In this document: positions 29,607 to 39,517 of the stretch, piece after piece | How the letters are laid out: the number at the start of each line of letters is the position of its first letter | How positions within the stretch are numbered: the first letter of the stretch is position 1 | Made by a program: the position numbers and the translations under genes | The notes under the pieces: generated by a model | The model's input: the letters and a program-made list of their open reading frames with translations, nothing else | Database searches by the model: none | Told to the model about the DNA's origin: nothing | Assembly (NCBI GenBank): GCA_033549025.1 | Contig: JAWSUS010000001.1 | Coordinates: 235,685 to 299,684 of the forward strand | Direction: 5' to 3' | From: Desulfuromonadales bacterium | GTDB lineage: Bacteria > Desulfobacterota > Desulfuromonadia > Desulfuromonadales > SZUA-540 | DNA: 64,000 nt

Positions 29607-30349
29607 GCATCCATACCAATGGTTTTTAAAAAACTATCCACTATTGAAGAAGTGCCACAAGCTTGGGAAAGCTCGGTGGCGGTTCCTTCAAAACGCTTTT
29701 CGCCCTTGTGTAGAATCAACAAGCGGTCGGCGAGCCGGTCTACATCTTCCAGAATGTGGCTGCAAAAAAGAATGGTTTTCCCCTGGTTTTTCAAGCCGGC
29801 AACCAAGTCGGCTATCTGGGCCCGACCAATGGGGTCGAGGCCACTCATCGGTTCATCAAGAATCAGGAAAGAGGGATCATGCAGCAAAGCCAAAACAAAC
29901 CCGGCACGTTGTTGCATGCCTTTGGAGTAACTGCGAACCGGTTTCTTACGCGCCTCCCACAACCCGATAAGTTGCAATAAATACTCAGACCGCTCCTTCA
30001 CCAGTCGTTTGGCCAAGCCATGCGTTCTGCCGACAAAAAGAATAAGGTCAAGGATAGTCAAATTAGGCGGGAAGCTGGCGATTTCGGGGAGATAACCGAT
30101 GTCATGACGCAGCTGATTGTCTCTAACATCTTTGCCGCCAATCTCAATACTCCCCTGGTCCGGGCGAATGAAATCCATCAGCAATCGGATGCAGGTGCTC
30201 TTGCCAGCGCCGTTTGCACCGATCAGTCCGACTGTTTCACGTTCACCAACGGAGAAAGACACTCCTTTTAGGGCCGGCACAGAGACTTGTCCTAATTCTT
30301 TCTCGTAGGTCTTCCATACACTGGAAAAACTGACTTTTTCTATGCTCAT
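29603..30349 (-). CDS. ABC transporter ATP-binding protein (XapD / PilH-like)
   Basis: GANGAGKST, YSKGMQQR, ILDEPMSGLDPIGR, SHIL; ATG 30349. Confidence 0.92.
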   Translation of the reverse strand: MSIEKVSFSSVWKTYEKELGQVSVPALKGVSFSVGERETVGLIGANGAGKSTCIRLLMDFIRPDQGSIEIGGKDVRDNQLRHDIGYLPEIASFPPNLTILDLILFVGRTHGLAKRLVKERSEYLLQLIGLWEARKKPVRSYSKGMQQRAGFVLALLHDPSFLILDEPMSGLDPIGRAQIADLVAGLKNQGKTILFCSHILEDVDRLADRLLILHKGEKRFEGTATELSQACGTSSIVDSFLKTIGMDA

Positions 30350-30365
30350 ATCAATAAAACTACTC

Positions 30366-30404
30366 AAGACAAATGGGCGCAAACCCCATCGGGATTTGCG
30401 CCCA
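30366..30404 (-). terminator. Terminator/stabilising hairpin after pilA
   Basis: 14-bp stem TGGGCGCAAATCCC-gat-GGGGTTTGCGCCCA (one G-U pair) followed by TTTGTCTT on the minus strand. Confidence 0.75.
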
Positions 30405-30427
30405 CATTCTCGGATAAAAAACACTAA

Positions 30428-31078
30428 TTAACGGGCTGCCCAGTCAGTAGCATTGGCATGCGTGGGGCTAAGTGCAGCAGAAGTAAAATTGTCAATAGCG
30501 GTTGATGCAGGTACATCACCAACAACCAGGGTAGTTCCTTCACTGGCCTGCGCTTCTGAGAAGAATATTGCAGTCGTGTCACCATCAACACCATAATAGG
30601 TATTACCGTTTACATGTTTTGAAACACCTACAAAGGTCGCATTAGCGCTGAGTGTACCAACTACTTCCGCGTTAGTATTCGATGCCAGCATCACATTATT
30701 CCCCAAAGGAATCTGAACACCCCTGGCAGCCCCCTGTGCTGTTGCTTCAATGACAGGAACAAATGCACCGCCTGCGGGATTACCTGCTGGGCCAGTCAAT
30801 ATATTGGGCGCCGCGCCACCTGCGAACGCAGCAAATACTAGGGGATTTGCCTGCGCAGCCCAGTTAGAGCCACCAAAGACCTGCCAATCAGAAAAGAGCG
30901 CTGCTTGCGAGGTTGAAAGGTTTCGAATATCACTCTGCGCTGAGGAGTTGAATCCACGAACACGATAGGCGGCAAACTGAGGAATAGCGATAGCCGCCAG
31001 GATGCCGATGATCGCGACGACGATCAGCAGCTCGATGAGGGTGAAACCCTTTTCAGACTTTTTGAACTTGGTGAGCAT
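30428..31078 (-). CDS. pilA: Major type IVa pilin (long, 205 aa mature)
   Basis: EKG|FTLIELLIVVAIIGILAAIAIPQFAAYR; directly downstream of pilR; RBS AAGGAG; sigma54 promoter. Confidence 0.96.
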   Translation of the reverse strand: MLTKFKKSEKGFTLIELLIVVAIIGILAAIAIPQFAAYRVRGFNSSAQSDIRNLSTSQAALFSDWQVFGGSNWAAQANPLVFAAFAGGAAPNILTGPAGNPAGGAFVPVIEATAQGAARGVQIPLGNNVMLASNTNAEVVGTLSANATFVGVSKHVNGNTYYGVDGDTTAIFFSEAQASEGTTLVVGDVPASTAIDNFTSAALSPTHANATDWAAR

Positions 31079-31153
31079 GTTTTTGTACTCCTTTCAGGGG
31101 TTGATGGTTCATGCCAACGAACGGCACTGACTTCGTGTTATGACTTTTGCTCT

Positions 31154-31169
31154 AGCAAGGCACATACCA
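31154..31169 (-). promoter_or_regulatory. sigma54 (-24/-12) promoter of pilA
   Basis: Minus strand TGGTATGTGCCTTGCT, 76 bp upstream of the pilA ATG, with an AT-rich tract upstream. Confidence 0.85.
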
Positions 31170-31308
31170 AAAACACATTTTTAAAGATTTTCTCAGTAAC
31201 ATCTTATTTTTAAACCGTTTTATTTTGCGCCCGCTATTGTTCCAAAAACCTTTTTGACGTTCTAACGCCAAAGGCCCGCAGATAGCCTCCCTTGACTGAC
31301 AATTATCG

Positions 31309-32694
31309 TCACTCTTCGTCCCCATCCGCCTCGATACCAAACTTGGCCAGACGGTAGCGGATGGAGCGGAAGGAGATGCCGAGCAGCTCAGCCGCTTTTT
31401 TACGCACACCACTGGTCTTATCCAAAGCCTTGAGCAGAATATCCTTCTCGATCGCACCAAGATAGGCGTCGATATCCAGGCCGGTGTCGGGAATCTGGCT
31501 GAACTGGCCTTCGGCAGTAATAGAATCGGCGACCAGATTGGTAGGCAGACAATCTTCCGTCAAGTCCTCCCCCTGCCCCAGAACCAGACAGCGCTCGACA
31601 ATATTCTCCAGCTCGCGGATATTGCCAGGCCAGCCGTAGTCCAGCAGGCGGCGCATGGCTTTTTCCCCGACATGCAGTCCTTTTTTACCCGTGAGCTTCT
31701 GGTAGAAATGCTCGATAAGCAGGGGGATATCGTCGCGGCGTTCTCGCAGGGGGGGCAGAGCCAGGCGGATGACGTTGAGGCGATAGAAGAGATCTTCGCG
31801 GAAGGTGCCGCTGGCAACCTCGGCCTCCAGATCTTTGTTGGTGGCGGCCACGACGCGCACATCGACGGGGATGTCGCGGGTGCCGCCGACACGCCGCACT
31901 TCGCGCTCCTGCAGAACGCGCAGCAGCTTGACCTGCATCATGGCGGGCAGTTCACCGATTTCATCGAGAAACAAGGTGCCACCATTGGCCACTTCAAAGA
32001 GGCCAGGTTTCTGCTGAATGGCCCCAGTGAAAGATCCTTTTTCGTGGCCGAACAGCTCGCTTTCGAGCAGGTTTTCGGGGATAGCCCCGCAGTTGATAGG
32101 GACAAAGGGTGCCTCGTGGCGGTCGCTGTTGTAATGGATGGCCCGGGCCACCAGCTCCTTACCCGTACCGCTTTCGCCCGTGACCAGAATGTTGGCCCGG
32201 CTGGCGGCGACCTTGGCGATGAGATCGTAAACTTGCTGCATGGAGCGACTTTTGCCGATAAGGTTGCCAAAGGAATAGCGCCGCCCCAGCTCCTTTTTCA
32301 GCTCCTGATTTTCCTGGCGCAGGGTCTTGCGTTCGAGGGCATTTTTGACAATGAGGCGGATTTCCTCATTTTTAAAAGGCTTGGTGATGTAGTCGTAGGC
32401 CCCCTGCTTCATGGCCTCCACCGCCTGTTCGGTGGAGGAGAAGGCAGTGATCATGATCATGGCGGTTTCCGGCGTGCGGGCCATCACCTGGGCCAACAGC
32501 TCAAAACCACCCAGCCGTGGCATCTGGATATCGCTGATGATCAGGTCGTAGCTGTTTTCCTTCAGCAAATCTAACGCTTGGGCACCGTCGCTGGCTACAT
32601 TGACGCCATAGCCTTCGCGCTTGAGCATGATGGAAAGAAACTCCCGCATGCTTTCTTCATCATCAACGACCAGAATATGTGCATTTTTAGTCAC
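31309..32694 (-). CDS. pilR: sigma54-dependent response regulator PilR
   Basis: REC domain, [14 protein letters not shown] (GAFTGA variant), [25 protein letters not shown]-terminal HTH; GTG 32694 with AGGAG RBS; between pilS and pilA. Confidence 0.93.
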   Translation of the reverse strand: MTKNAHILVVDDEESMREFLSIMLKREGYGVNVASDGAQALDLLKENSYDLIISDIQMPRLGGFELLAQVMARTPETAMIMITAFSSTEQAVEAMKQGAYDYITKPFKNEEIRLIVKNALERKTLRQENQELKKELGRRYSFGNLIGKSRSMQQVYDLIAKVAASRANILVTGESGTGKELVARAIHYNSDRHEAPFVPINCGAIPENLLESELFGHEKGSFTGAIQQKPGLFEVANGGTLFLDEIGELPAMMQVKLLRVLQEREVRRVGGTRDIPVDVRVVAATNKDLEAEVASGTFREDLFYRLNVIRLALPPLRERRDDIPLLIEHFYQKLTGKKGLHVGEKAMRRLLDYGWPGNIRELENIVERCLVLGQGEDLTEDCLPTNLVADSITAEGQFSQIPDTGLDIDAYLGAIEKDILLKALDKTSGVRKKAAELLGISFRSIRYRLAKFGIEADGDEE

Positions 32695-32799
32695 AGTGAG
32701 TCTCCTGCCGTGTGTTTGGCCACCATTTGAAACGATTATAACGGCATGGCCCCCGACTGACAATTTTTGTTTCAGACAAAATTGAAATGGCGTGAAAGT

Positions 32800-34431
32800 T
32801 TAAGGCAGGGTGAGGGTGAATCGGGTGCCATGAGGTTCGACAGCACGGACATCGAGGCTGCCACCGTGGGCTTCAAGTATGGTATGAACCGTCGCCAGCC
32901 CCAAGCCGGTACCGCGTTCCTTGGTGGTGAAGAAAGGATCGAATATCTGACGGCGTATTTCGTCAGGAATCCCCGGCCCCGAATCTTCCACGTAGATTTC
33001 GTTGCGCTCCGGATGGATACCGATATGTAGAGTGCCGCCTTCCACCATGGCTTCGGCCCCGTTGATCGCCAGGTTCCACAGGGCCTGATGCAGCTGCTGG
33101 GGGTCGGCCGACATCAGGCAGGCGGTCGGATAGTCGCGAAAGATGCGAACGCGGGCAAAGCGCGGGTCACAGCTAGCCATTTCGATAAGGTCATCAAGCA
33201 GGGCGGGTACGTTGACGGACTCCTTGCGGGGTTTGGCCGGGCGGGCAAACACGAGAAAATCGCTGAGCAGCAAGCTAAGACGCTCTGCTTCGCGCACGAC
33301 GATACGCATCAGACGGCGGTCGTCATCATTCATGGAAGGGTTTTCCATGAGGAGCTGTACGGAGCCGCTGATAGAGGCCAGCGGGTTGCGGATTTCGTGC
33401 GCCATGCCGGAAGCGAGACGCCCCACGGCGGCCAAGCGGTCAGCCCGCTTGAGTTCGTCTTCCATGGACTTGAGATGGGTGAGGTCCTGAAAAGTCACCA
33501 GAAGCCCGATGGTCTTGCCGTCCGGCCCATCGAGCAGAGAGGTGGCGTAACCCAGGATGTGTTGTTCCCCCTTGGGGTCTACAAAAGCCCCTTCGCCCCG
33601 GCTGACGAGCATGAAGTCTTCCCCGCGCAGGATAGGGATATCAGGAAACAACTCCTTGACGGGGCGATTATAGACTTCGGTCAGAGAAAAGCCGCTAATG
33701 CGGGAAGCCGCGGCATTAAAGGAGCGGATACGCCCCTGCTCATTGACGATCATCAACCCGCTGGGGGTATTAGCCAGAATAGCCTTGTTGAGCGTTTCGA
33801 GCTCTTCATAGTCGACTTCGCGCCGCTCCAGGTCGCGTTGGCTGCGACGCAGGCGTTCCACCAGAATGCCACTGAAGAAGGCCGCAAGAAAGAAGGCGAG
33901 CACATTGACAAAAACGGCGAAGAAAAATTCACCTCCCTCGTGCGAGGTCGAGAAAGTCAGGCCACGCAATTGGGGGAGATAGCCGTAGTACTGCAGGTCG
34001 AGGAGACTGCCGTAGAGGATAGCGGCAGCGGAGGCGACGACGTAAAGATCACGACGGGGCAGGTAAACACTGGCCCCCAGAATGACCAGAATAAAGAGAA
34101 AGGAGAAGAGACTGTCGAGGCCGCCGGTGAGATAGATAAGGGCGGTGCAGAAGAGCAGATCCCAGGAAAACTGAAGGTGCAGAAAAACCCGGCAGAGCCG
34201 CACTTTGAACAACAGCAGGGCTGACAGCAGGGATTGGGCAAAGCTGGCCGCAAACAGCAGGTAGAGATAGGTATGCGCGGTGGAACCCTGAGGGACGCCG
34301 CCGCGCATTTGATAGATCAGGGTACCGCCCAGAAAAAGGGCGGTCACCAAAACCCGGACAAAGAGTAGCCAGACCAGTTGCCGCCGCGTCAGGGGTGCAA
34401 GACGGTCTGTGGCCAGTTCGCAGGTGACCAA
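32800..34431 (-). CDS. pilS: Sensor histidine kinase PilS
   Basis: ~6 TM N-terminus, PAS, MAHEIRNPL, NLAING, DSGPGI, GTGLGL. Confidence 0.92.
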   Translation of the reverse strand: MVTCELATDRLAPLTRRQLVWLLFVRVLVTALFLGGTLIYQMRGGVPQGSTAHTYLYLLFAASFAQSLLSALLLFKVRLCRVFLHLQFSWDLLFCTALIYLTGGLDSLFSFLFILVILGASVYLPRRDLYVVASAAAILYGSLLDLQYYGYLPQLRGLTFSTSHEGGEFFFAVFVNVLAFFLAAFFSGILVERLRRSQRDLERREVDYEELETLNKAILANTPSGLMIVNEQGRIRSFNAAASRISGFSLTEVYNRPVKELFPDIPILRGEDFMLVSRGEGAFVDPKGEQHILGYATSLLDGPDGKTIGLLVTFQDLTHLKSMEDELKRADRLAAVGRLASGMAHEIRNPLASISGSVQLLMENPSMNDDDRRLMRIVVREAERLSLLLSDFLVFARPAKPRKESVNVPALLDDLIEMASCDPRFARVRIFRDYPTACLMSADPQQLHQALWNLAINGAEAMVEGGTLHIGIHPERNEIYVEDSGPGIPDEIRRQIFDPFFTTKERGTGLGLATVHTILEAHGGSLDVRAVEPHGTRFTLTLP

Positions 34432-34440
34432 GCGGCCCCC

Positions 34441-35658
34441 CTAGCCTCCGACGGCGCCGGCGAGTTTGAAGATCGGCAGATACATGGCGATAACGAGGCC
34501 GCCGACGGTGGTACCGAGAAAGAGCATAAGCAGCGGTTCCATCATGGCGGTCAGGTTGGAGACGGCGTCATCGACCTCGTCATCGTAGAAGTCGGCGATC
34601 TTATTGAGCATGGTATCGACAGAGCCGGACTGTTCACCGACGGCGATCATCTGGCAGACCATAGGCGGAAAGACGCCGGACTTCTCCAGGGGCTCGGCAA
34701 TGGTCTTGCCTTCGCTGATGCTCTGCCGCACCTTGTAGATGGCCGTTTCCACCGTTCTATTGCCGGCGGTCTTGGCGACGATATCGAGACCATCGAGAAT
34801 GGGCACGCCGCTGGACATCATGGTGCCGAGGGTGCGGGTGAACTTGGCGACGGCGACCTTGCGGATCAGGATCCCCATGATTGGCAGCTTGAGAGCTAAA
34901 TCATCAATTTTTTTGCGACCGGCCTCGGTCCGGTAGATCCGCTTAAAGCCCCAGAAAAAGAGCACAATGCCGCCAATGATAACCAGAATATAATCCTGAA
35001 TAAAGTTACTGAGGTTGATAACCACTTGGGTGGGAGCCGGCAGAGCGCCGCCAAAGTCGGCGAACATCTTTTCAAAAGCGGGGATGACGAAGATCAGGAT
35101 AACGGAAATGACCACCACGGCAATACCTATGATAGTGGTCGGGTAGGTCATGGCGCTCTTGACCTGCTTTTTCAGCTTGAGGGCCTTTTCGATATAAGCC
35201 GCCAAACGGTTGAGGATGGTATCGAGAATACCGCCCACCTCGCCGGCCGCAACCAGGTTGACATAGAGTTCATCAAAGGCCTTGGGATGTTTTTTCAAGG
35301 CTTCGGCGAAAGTCGAACCCGACTCGACATCTTCCTTGACCTGAAGCAGGATCTTCTTGAAGGTTTTGTTGTCCTGCTGGCGGGTGAGGATATCTAGGCA
35401 CTGGACCAGGGGCAGACCCGCATCGATCATGGTCGAGAACTGGCGGGTGAAAACGACGAGGTCCTTGGTAGTGATTTTGGGTTCGAAGCCGGGGATTTTC
35501 AGCTCCATATCCAGGCCCTTGCCGCGCTCCTTGATGCTGGAGGGGGCAATCCCCTGCCGTCGCAGGGCGGCCGTGACCGCTGCCTCGTTCGGCGCTTCCA
35601 TTTCCCCTTTTTGCACCTGGCCGGTACGGGTTTTTCCTTCCCAAGCGAATTTGGCCAT
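34441..35658 (-). CDS. pilC: Type IV pilus platform protein PilC
   Basis: FTRQFSTMIDAGLPL, AGEVGG.LD, KSAMTYP, GEQSG, MYLPIF. Confidence 0.96.
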   Translation of the reverse strand: MAKFAWEGKTRTGQVQKGEMEAPNEAAVTAALRRQGIAPSSIKERGKGLDMELKIPGFEPKITTKDLVVFTRQFSTMIDAGLPLVQCLDILTRQQDNKTFKKILLQVKEDVESGSTFAEALKKHPKAFDELYVNLVAAGEVGGILDTILNRLAAYIEKALKLKKQVKSAMTYPTTIIGIAVVVISVILIFVIPAFEKMFADFGGALPAPTQVVINLSNFIQDYILVIIGGIVLFFWGFKRIYRTEAGRKKIDDLALKLPIMGILIRKVAVAKFTRTLGTMMSSGVPILDGLDIVAKTAGNRTVETAIYKVRQSISEGKTIAEPLEKSGVFPPMVCQMIAVGEQSGSVDTMLNKIADFYDDEVDDAVSNLTAMMEPLLMLFLGTTVGGLVIAMYLPIFKLAGAVGG

Positions 35659-35686
35659 CTGTCCCCTCTTCTTCCTTTAAATTAAA

Positions 35687-36826
35687 TTATCCGCGTCCCG
35701 GCGCGGTCGGCACATGCCGCTTGAGCACGGAGGCCGGGTTGGCGATCATCTGTTTCAACTCTTCCGGCTCCGAAGAACGGGTGAGCGCCGTTTCCATGGA
35801 AATCTGCTTTTTGTGATAGAGCATGAACAGCGACTGATTCATGGTCTGCATCCCGAACTTTTCCTGCCCCATCTGCATCTGCGAGTACATCTGGTGGATC
35901 TTGTCGTCACGGATGAGGGCCCGTATGGCCATATTGGGCACCATGACTTCCAGGGCCAAGGCCCGACCCTTGCCGGACATTTTGGGCAGCAGAATCTGTG
36001 ACATAACCCCTTCAAGTACGAAGGAAAGCTGGGTACGCACCTGGGCCTGCTGGTTGGTGGGGAAGACGTCGACGATACGGTTGATCGACTGCACCGCACT
36101 GTTGGTGTGCAGGGTGGCGAAGCAGAGGTGGCCCGTCTCGGCGATGGTCAGCGCCGCCTCGATGGTCTCCAGGTCACGCAGCTCGCCCAGCAGAACGACA
36201 TCGGGATCCTGCCGCAGGATATACTTGAGGGCCTTTTTAAAAGACTGGGTATCGGAGCCGACCTCCCGCTGATTGACCACGCATTTTTTGTGTGGATGGA
36301 TGTATTCGATGGGGTCTTCGACGGTGATGATATGCTCGTGACGCTCGTTGTTGATGACATCGATGATGGAGGCCAGCGTCGTCGACTTGCCGCTGCCGGT
36401 AGGGCCGGTAACCAGCACCAGCCCCCGCGGTTTTTTAGAAATGGTACGAACCACGGGCGGCAGACCGAGCTCTTCGAAGGTCAGGATCTTGTAGGGGATC
36501 TGCCGAAAAACGCCGGCCAGGGCGCCTCGCTGCAGGAAGATGTTTCCCCGGAAACGGGCCAGCCCCTTGACGCCGAAGGAGAAGTCCAGCTCGTTTTCCT
36601 CTTCGAACTTGCGTTTCTGAGCGTCGGTCAGAATGCTGTAGCAGAGCTGCTTGGTTTCAGCCGGCTGCATGGGGGGCAGCTTCATGGGGGTCATGTGCCC
36701 GTCGATACGGCACTGTGGCGCGCTGCCGGTGGTGATGTGCAGGTCGGAGCCGCCCTGATCCACCATGGCCTTGAGCAACTGGTGCATGCTGGGCATTCCG
36801 GGCCGGGGTTGCTGTTCGCTCGTCAT
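35687..36826 (-). CDS. pilT: Type IV pilus retraction ATPase PilT
   Basis: SDLH, GPTGSGKSTT, TVEDPIE, LRQDPD, AETGH..FATLHT, AIRALIR (AIRNLIRE-like), GMQTM. Confidence 0.96.
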   Translation of the reverse strand: MTSEQQPRPGMPSMHQLLKAMVDQGGSDLHITTGSAPQCRIDGHMTPMKLPPMQPAETKQLCYSILTDAQKRKFEEENELDFSFGVKGLARFRGNIFLQRGALAGVFRQIPYKILTFEELGLPPVVRTISKKPRGLVLVTGPTGSGKSTTLASIIDVINNERHEHIITVEDPIEYIHPHKKCVVNQREVGSDTQSFKKALKYILRQDPDVVLLGELRDLETIEAALTIAETGHLCFATLHTNSAVQSINRIVDVFPTNQQAQVRTQLSFVLEGVMSQILLPKMSGKGRALALEVMVPNMAIRALIRDDKIHQMYSQMQMGQEKFGMQTMNQSLFMLYHKKQISMETALTRSSEPEELKQMIANPASVLKRHVPTAPGRG

Positions 36827-36868
36827 AATGTGATCCGTTTCCTTTGGTAGCTATTCGGGGCTGCCGGT

Positions 36869-38566
36869 TCAGTCGTCAGCCACGGTACAGCGCAGAACCT
36901 CTTCAAAGGTCGTGGCGCCTTCCTTGAGCTTGGTGAGGGCAGACTGCCGCATGGTTTTGACACCGAGGCGCATCGATTCGCGCTTGATTTCGGCCGTGTT
37001 GGCCCCGGCCAGAATCAGTTCGCGGATTTCCTCAAACATGGGCATGACCTGGTAGATGCCGACGCGCCCCTTATAGCCTGTGTTATTGCAGGCCGGGCAC
37101 CCCTTGCCCCGGTAGCAGACATACTCGTCGACGTCGTCGGGCGAGGCGCCGGCATCGATAAGGGCCTGCTTGGGCACATCCTCGACCTCTTTGCACTCGG
37201 AACAGACCCGGCGGCCCAAACGCTGTGCGGTGATGAGATTGACGGCGGAGGCCACCAGGAAGGGCTCGATGCCCATATTGAGCAGACGGTTGATGGTACT
37301 GGGTGCGTCGTTGGTGTGCAGGGTGGAAAGAACGAGGTGGCCCGTCAGCGCCGCCTTGACACCGATTTCGGCCGTCTCGAAGTCGCGGATTTCGCCGATC
37401 ATGATGATATCGGGATCCTGCCGCAGAAAGGCCCGCAGGGCCGAGGCGAAGTTGAGACCGATTTCCTCGTGCATCTGCACCTGATTGATACCGGCGAAGT
37501 TGAACTCGACCGGGTCTTCGGCGGTGGAGATGTTCTCGGTAATCTTGTTGAGTTCCGCCAGGGCCGAATAGAGGGAGACCGTTTTACCCGAACCCGTCGG
37601 CCCCGTCACCAGGACCATGCCGAAGGGCTTGTGAATCTGCTCCTTGAACCACTTGAGAGCGCTTTCCTCGTAGCCCAGCTTGGTCATGTCGAGCTGCAGG
37701 TTCGACTTGTCGAGCAGACGCAGACAGATCTTCTCGCCAAAGAGAGTTGGCAGACAGTTGACCCGGTAGTCCATGTCCTTGCCGCCGGGCAGCTTGATCT
37801 TGATGCGGCCGTCCTGAGGCAGGCGTCGTTCGGCGATGTCCATCTCAGACATGATCTTGATGCGCGAGGTGATGGCGTTTTTCAACTTCATGGGCGGCTT
37901 CATCACCTCATAAAGCACCCCGTCAATGCGATAACGGACGCGGAAAGACTTCTCGTAGGGCTCGATGTGAATATCGGAAGCCTTGCGCTTGATGGCGTCG
38001 GTCAGAATCAGGTTGACCAGCTTGACGACGGGAGCATCCTCGGTGGCCTTTTCAAGCGCGTTGACGTCGACTTCTTCCTCGTCGACAAGTTCCAGGTCGA
38101 TGTCGTCAAGATCTTCCATGACCTCGGCCAGGGAGGCCGACTGATCGTAATACTGGTCAATGGCGTTTCTGATGGCCGTTTCGGATGCGACCACGACCTC
38201 GACATTGTAGCCGGTCATGAACTTGATATCGTCGATGGCGAAGATATTGGAGGGGTCGCTCATGGCGACGATGAGAGTGGCACCGGCGCGATTAATGGGG
38301 ATGATCTGATATTTCTGCGCCACCTCCGCCGTGATCAGTTTGGTCACCGCGGCATCGATCTCGAAATCGTTGAGATTGATGGAGGGCACCCCGTACTGGC
38401 GGGAGAGAAAGGAGGCCAGCTCGTCTTCCTTGATAAAGCCCAGCTTGACCAGGCTGGCGCCCAGACGCCCTCCCTGGGTTTTCTGTTCCTCCAGAGCTTT
38501 GGTCAGCTGTTGAGAATTGATCAGATTATTGCGTACCAGCAGTTCGCCAAGGCGGTTACTTGTCAT
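36869..38566 (-). CDS. pilB: Type IV pilus extension ATPase PilB
   Basis: N-terminal MshEN-like RLGELLV...RLG..LV..G, ASDIHIEP, GPTGSGKT, LRQDPD, two CxxC Zn motifs; ATG 38566. Confidence 0.96.
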   Translation of the reverse strand: MTSNRLGELLVRNNLINSQQLTKALEEQKTQGGRLGASLVKLGFIKEDELASFLSRQYGVPSINLNDFEIDAAVTKLITAEVAQKYQIIPINRAGATLIVAMSDPSNIFAIDDIKFMTGYNVEVVVASETAIRNAIDQYYDQSASLAEVMEDLDDIDLELVDEEEVDVNALEKATEDAPVVKLVNLILTDAIKRKASDIHIEPYEKSFRVRYRIDGVLYEVMKPPMKLKNAITSRIKIMSEMDIAERRLPQDGRIKIKLPGGKDMDYRVNCLPTLFGEKICLRLLDKSNLQLDMTKLGYEESALKWFKEQIHKPFGMVLVTGPTGSGKTVSLYSALAELNKITENISTAEDPVEFNFAGINQVQMHEEIGLNFASALRAFLRQDPDIIMIGEIRDFETAEIGVKAALTGHLVLSTLHTNDAPSTINRLLNMGIEPFLVASAVNLITAQRLGRRVCSECKEVEDVPKQALIDAGASPDDVDEYVCYRGKGCPACNNTGYKGRVGIYQVMPMFEEIRELILAGANTAEIKRESMRLGVKTMRQSALTKLKEGATTFEEVLRCTVADD

Positions 38567-38665
38567 AAGACGGGTATTCTCCTGGGATGTCAATTTCCCG
38601 GAATTCTATTAAAAATAATTCCTCAAGAAAAGTTTTATCTGTTTTTCCGTGGAGTCGCAGGCTCA

Positions 38666-39517
38666 TCACTCCGTCAATATACTGCCTGCCATCACGCCAG
38701 AAGGCGGTCTCTGCCCCGCCCACAGGGCAAAGGCGGCTTCTCCCTGAGCCACAAGCATTCCGCGGCCGTCGGCTGTACGATGTTCCCGTTTTTCCGCCTC
38801 GATTTGCAGAGGGGTCTTGCCGCGCCCATAGACCATGTCGTAGACGCAGGCAGCTTCGGGCAAAAAGGGCCAGGGGAGATGGCCAAAGGGTTCCCCCTTC
38901 AGACCCATGGCCGAGGTATTCACCAGCAGGTCGACCCCGGCAAAGGCCTGCCGCAAATCCCCGCTGTCCAGAGATGTGTAAGCAAAATCCGTACCCGAGA
39001 AAAAAGGAGCAAAATGATCGCAAAGCAGTCGGGCTCTGGCCGGCGTTCGGTTGGCGATGATGATCGTCGCGGCGCCGGCCTGAGCTAAAGCGACCAGAGC
39101 CGCCCGACTGGCCCCGCCAGCCCCCAGCACAAGAATCTTTTTCGTCGCCGGGGCAAAGCTCAGATCAGCGGCAAGGGCATGCAAAAACCCCGGCGCATCC
39201 GTATTGTGTCCAATGAGACAACCGTCTTCGTGCGTCACCGTATTGACAGCCCCAATCAAACGGGCCGGCTCCGTTATCCGATCAAGAAGCGGCAGCACCG
39301 CTTCTTTATGGGGAACGGTCAGGTTCACCCCCCACAGGGGCAAAGCGCGTATGGCCCGAACGGCGTCGGCCAGATGTTCCGGCCGCACGCGAAAGGGGAC
39401 GTAGACGGCGTCGATACCGGCCGCGGCCAGGGCCGCATTCTGCATGCGCGGCGACAGGGAATGAGCGATGGGATCCCCGAAAATACCGAGCACACGTGTG
39501 CCTCCCGACAGCCTCAC
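38666..39517 (-). CDS. aroE: Shikimate dehydrogenase
   Basis: GDPIAHSLSP.MQN, NLTVPHK, GAVNT, NTD, GAGGA, NRT, DMVY, DG.GML..Q; GTG 39517 overlaps the ribF stop (GTGA). Confidence 0.94.
   Translation of the reverse strand: MRLSGGTRVLGIFGDPIAHSLSPRMQNAALAAAGIDAVYVPFRVRPEHLADAVRAIRALPLWGVNLTVPHKEAVLPLLDRITEPARLIGAVNTVTHEDGCLIGHNTDAPGFLHALAADLSFAPATKKILVLGAGGASRAALVALAQAGAATIIIANRTPARARLLCDHFAPFFSGTDFAYTSLDSGDLRQAFAGVDLLVNTSAMGLKGEPFGHLPWPFLPEAACVYDMVYGRGKTPLQIEAEKREHRTADGRGMLVAQGEAAFALWAGQRPPSGVMAGSILTE

Noticed and set aside
37316..39088. 590-aa plus-strand ORF (likewise 51204-53051, 57282-59129, 55320-57083, 15168-16148, 4662-5717, 5850-6926)
   Set aside because: All overlap well-supported genes antisense or out of frame and lack recognisable domains or RBS
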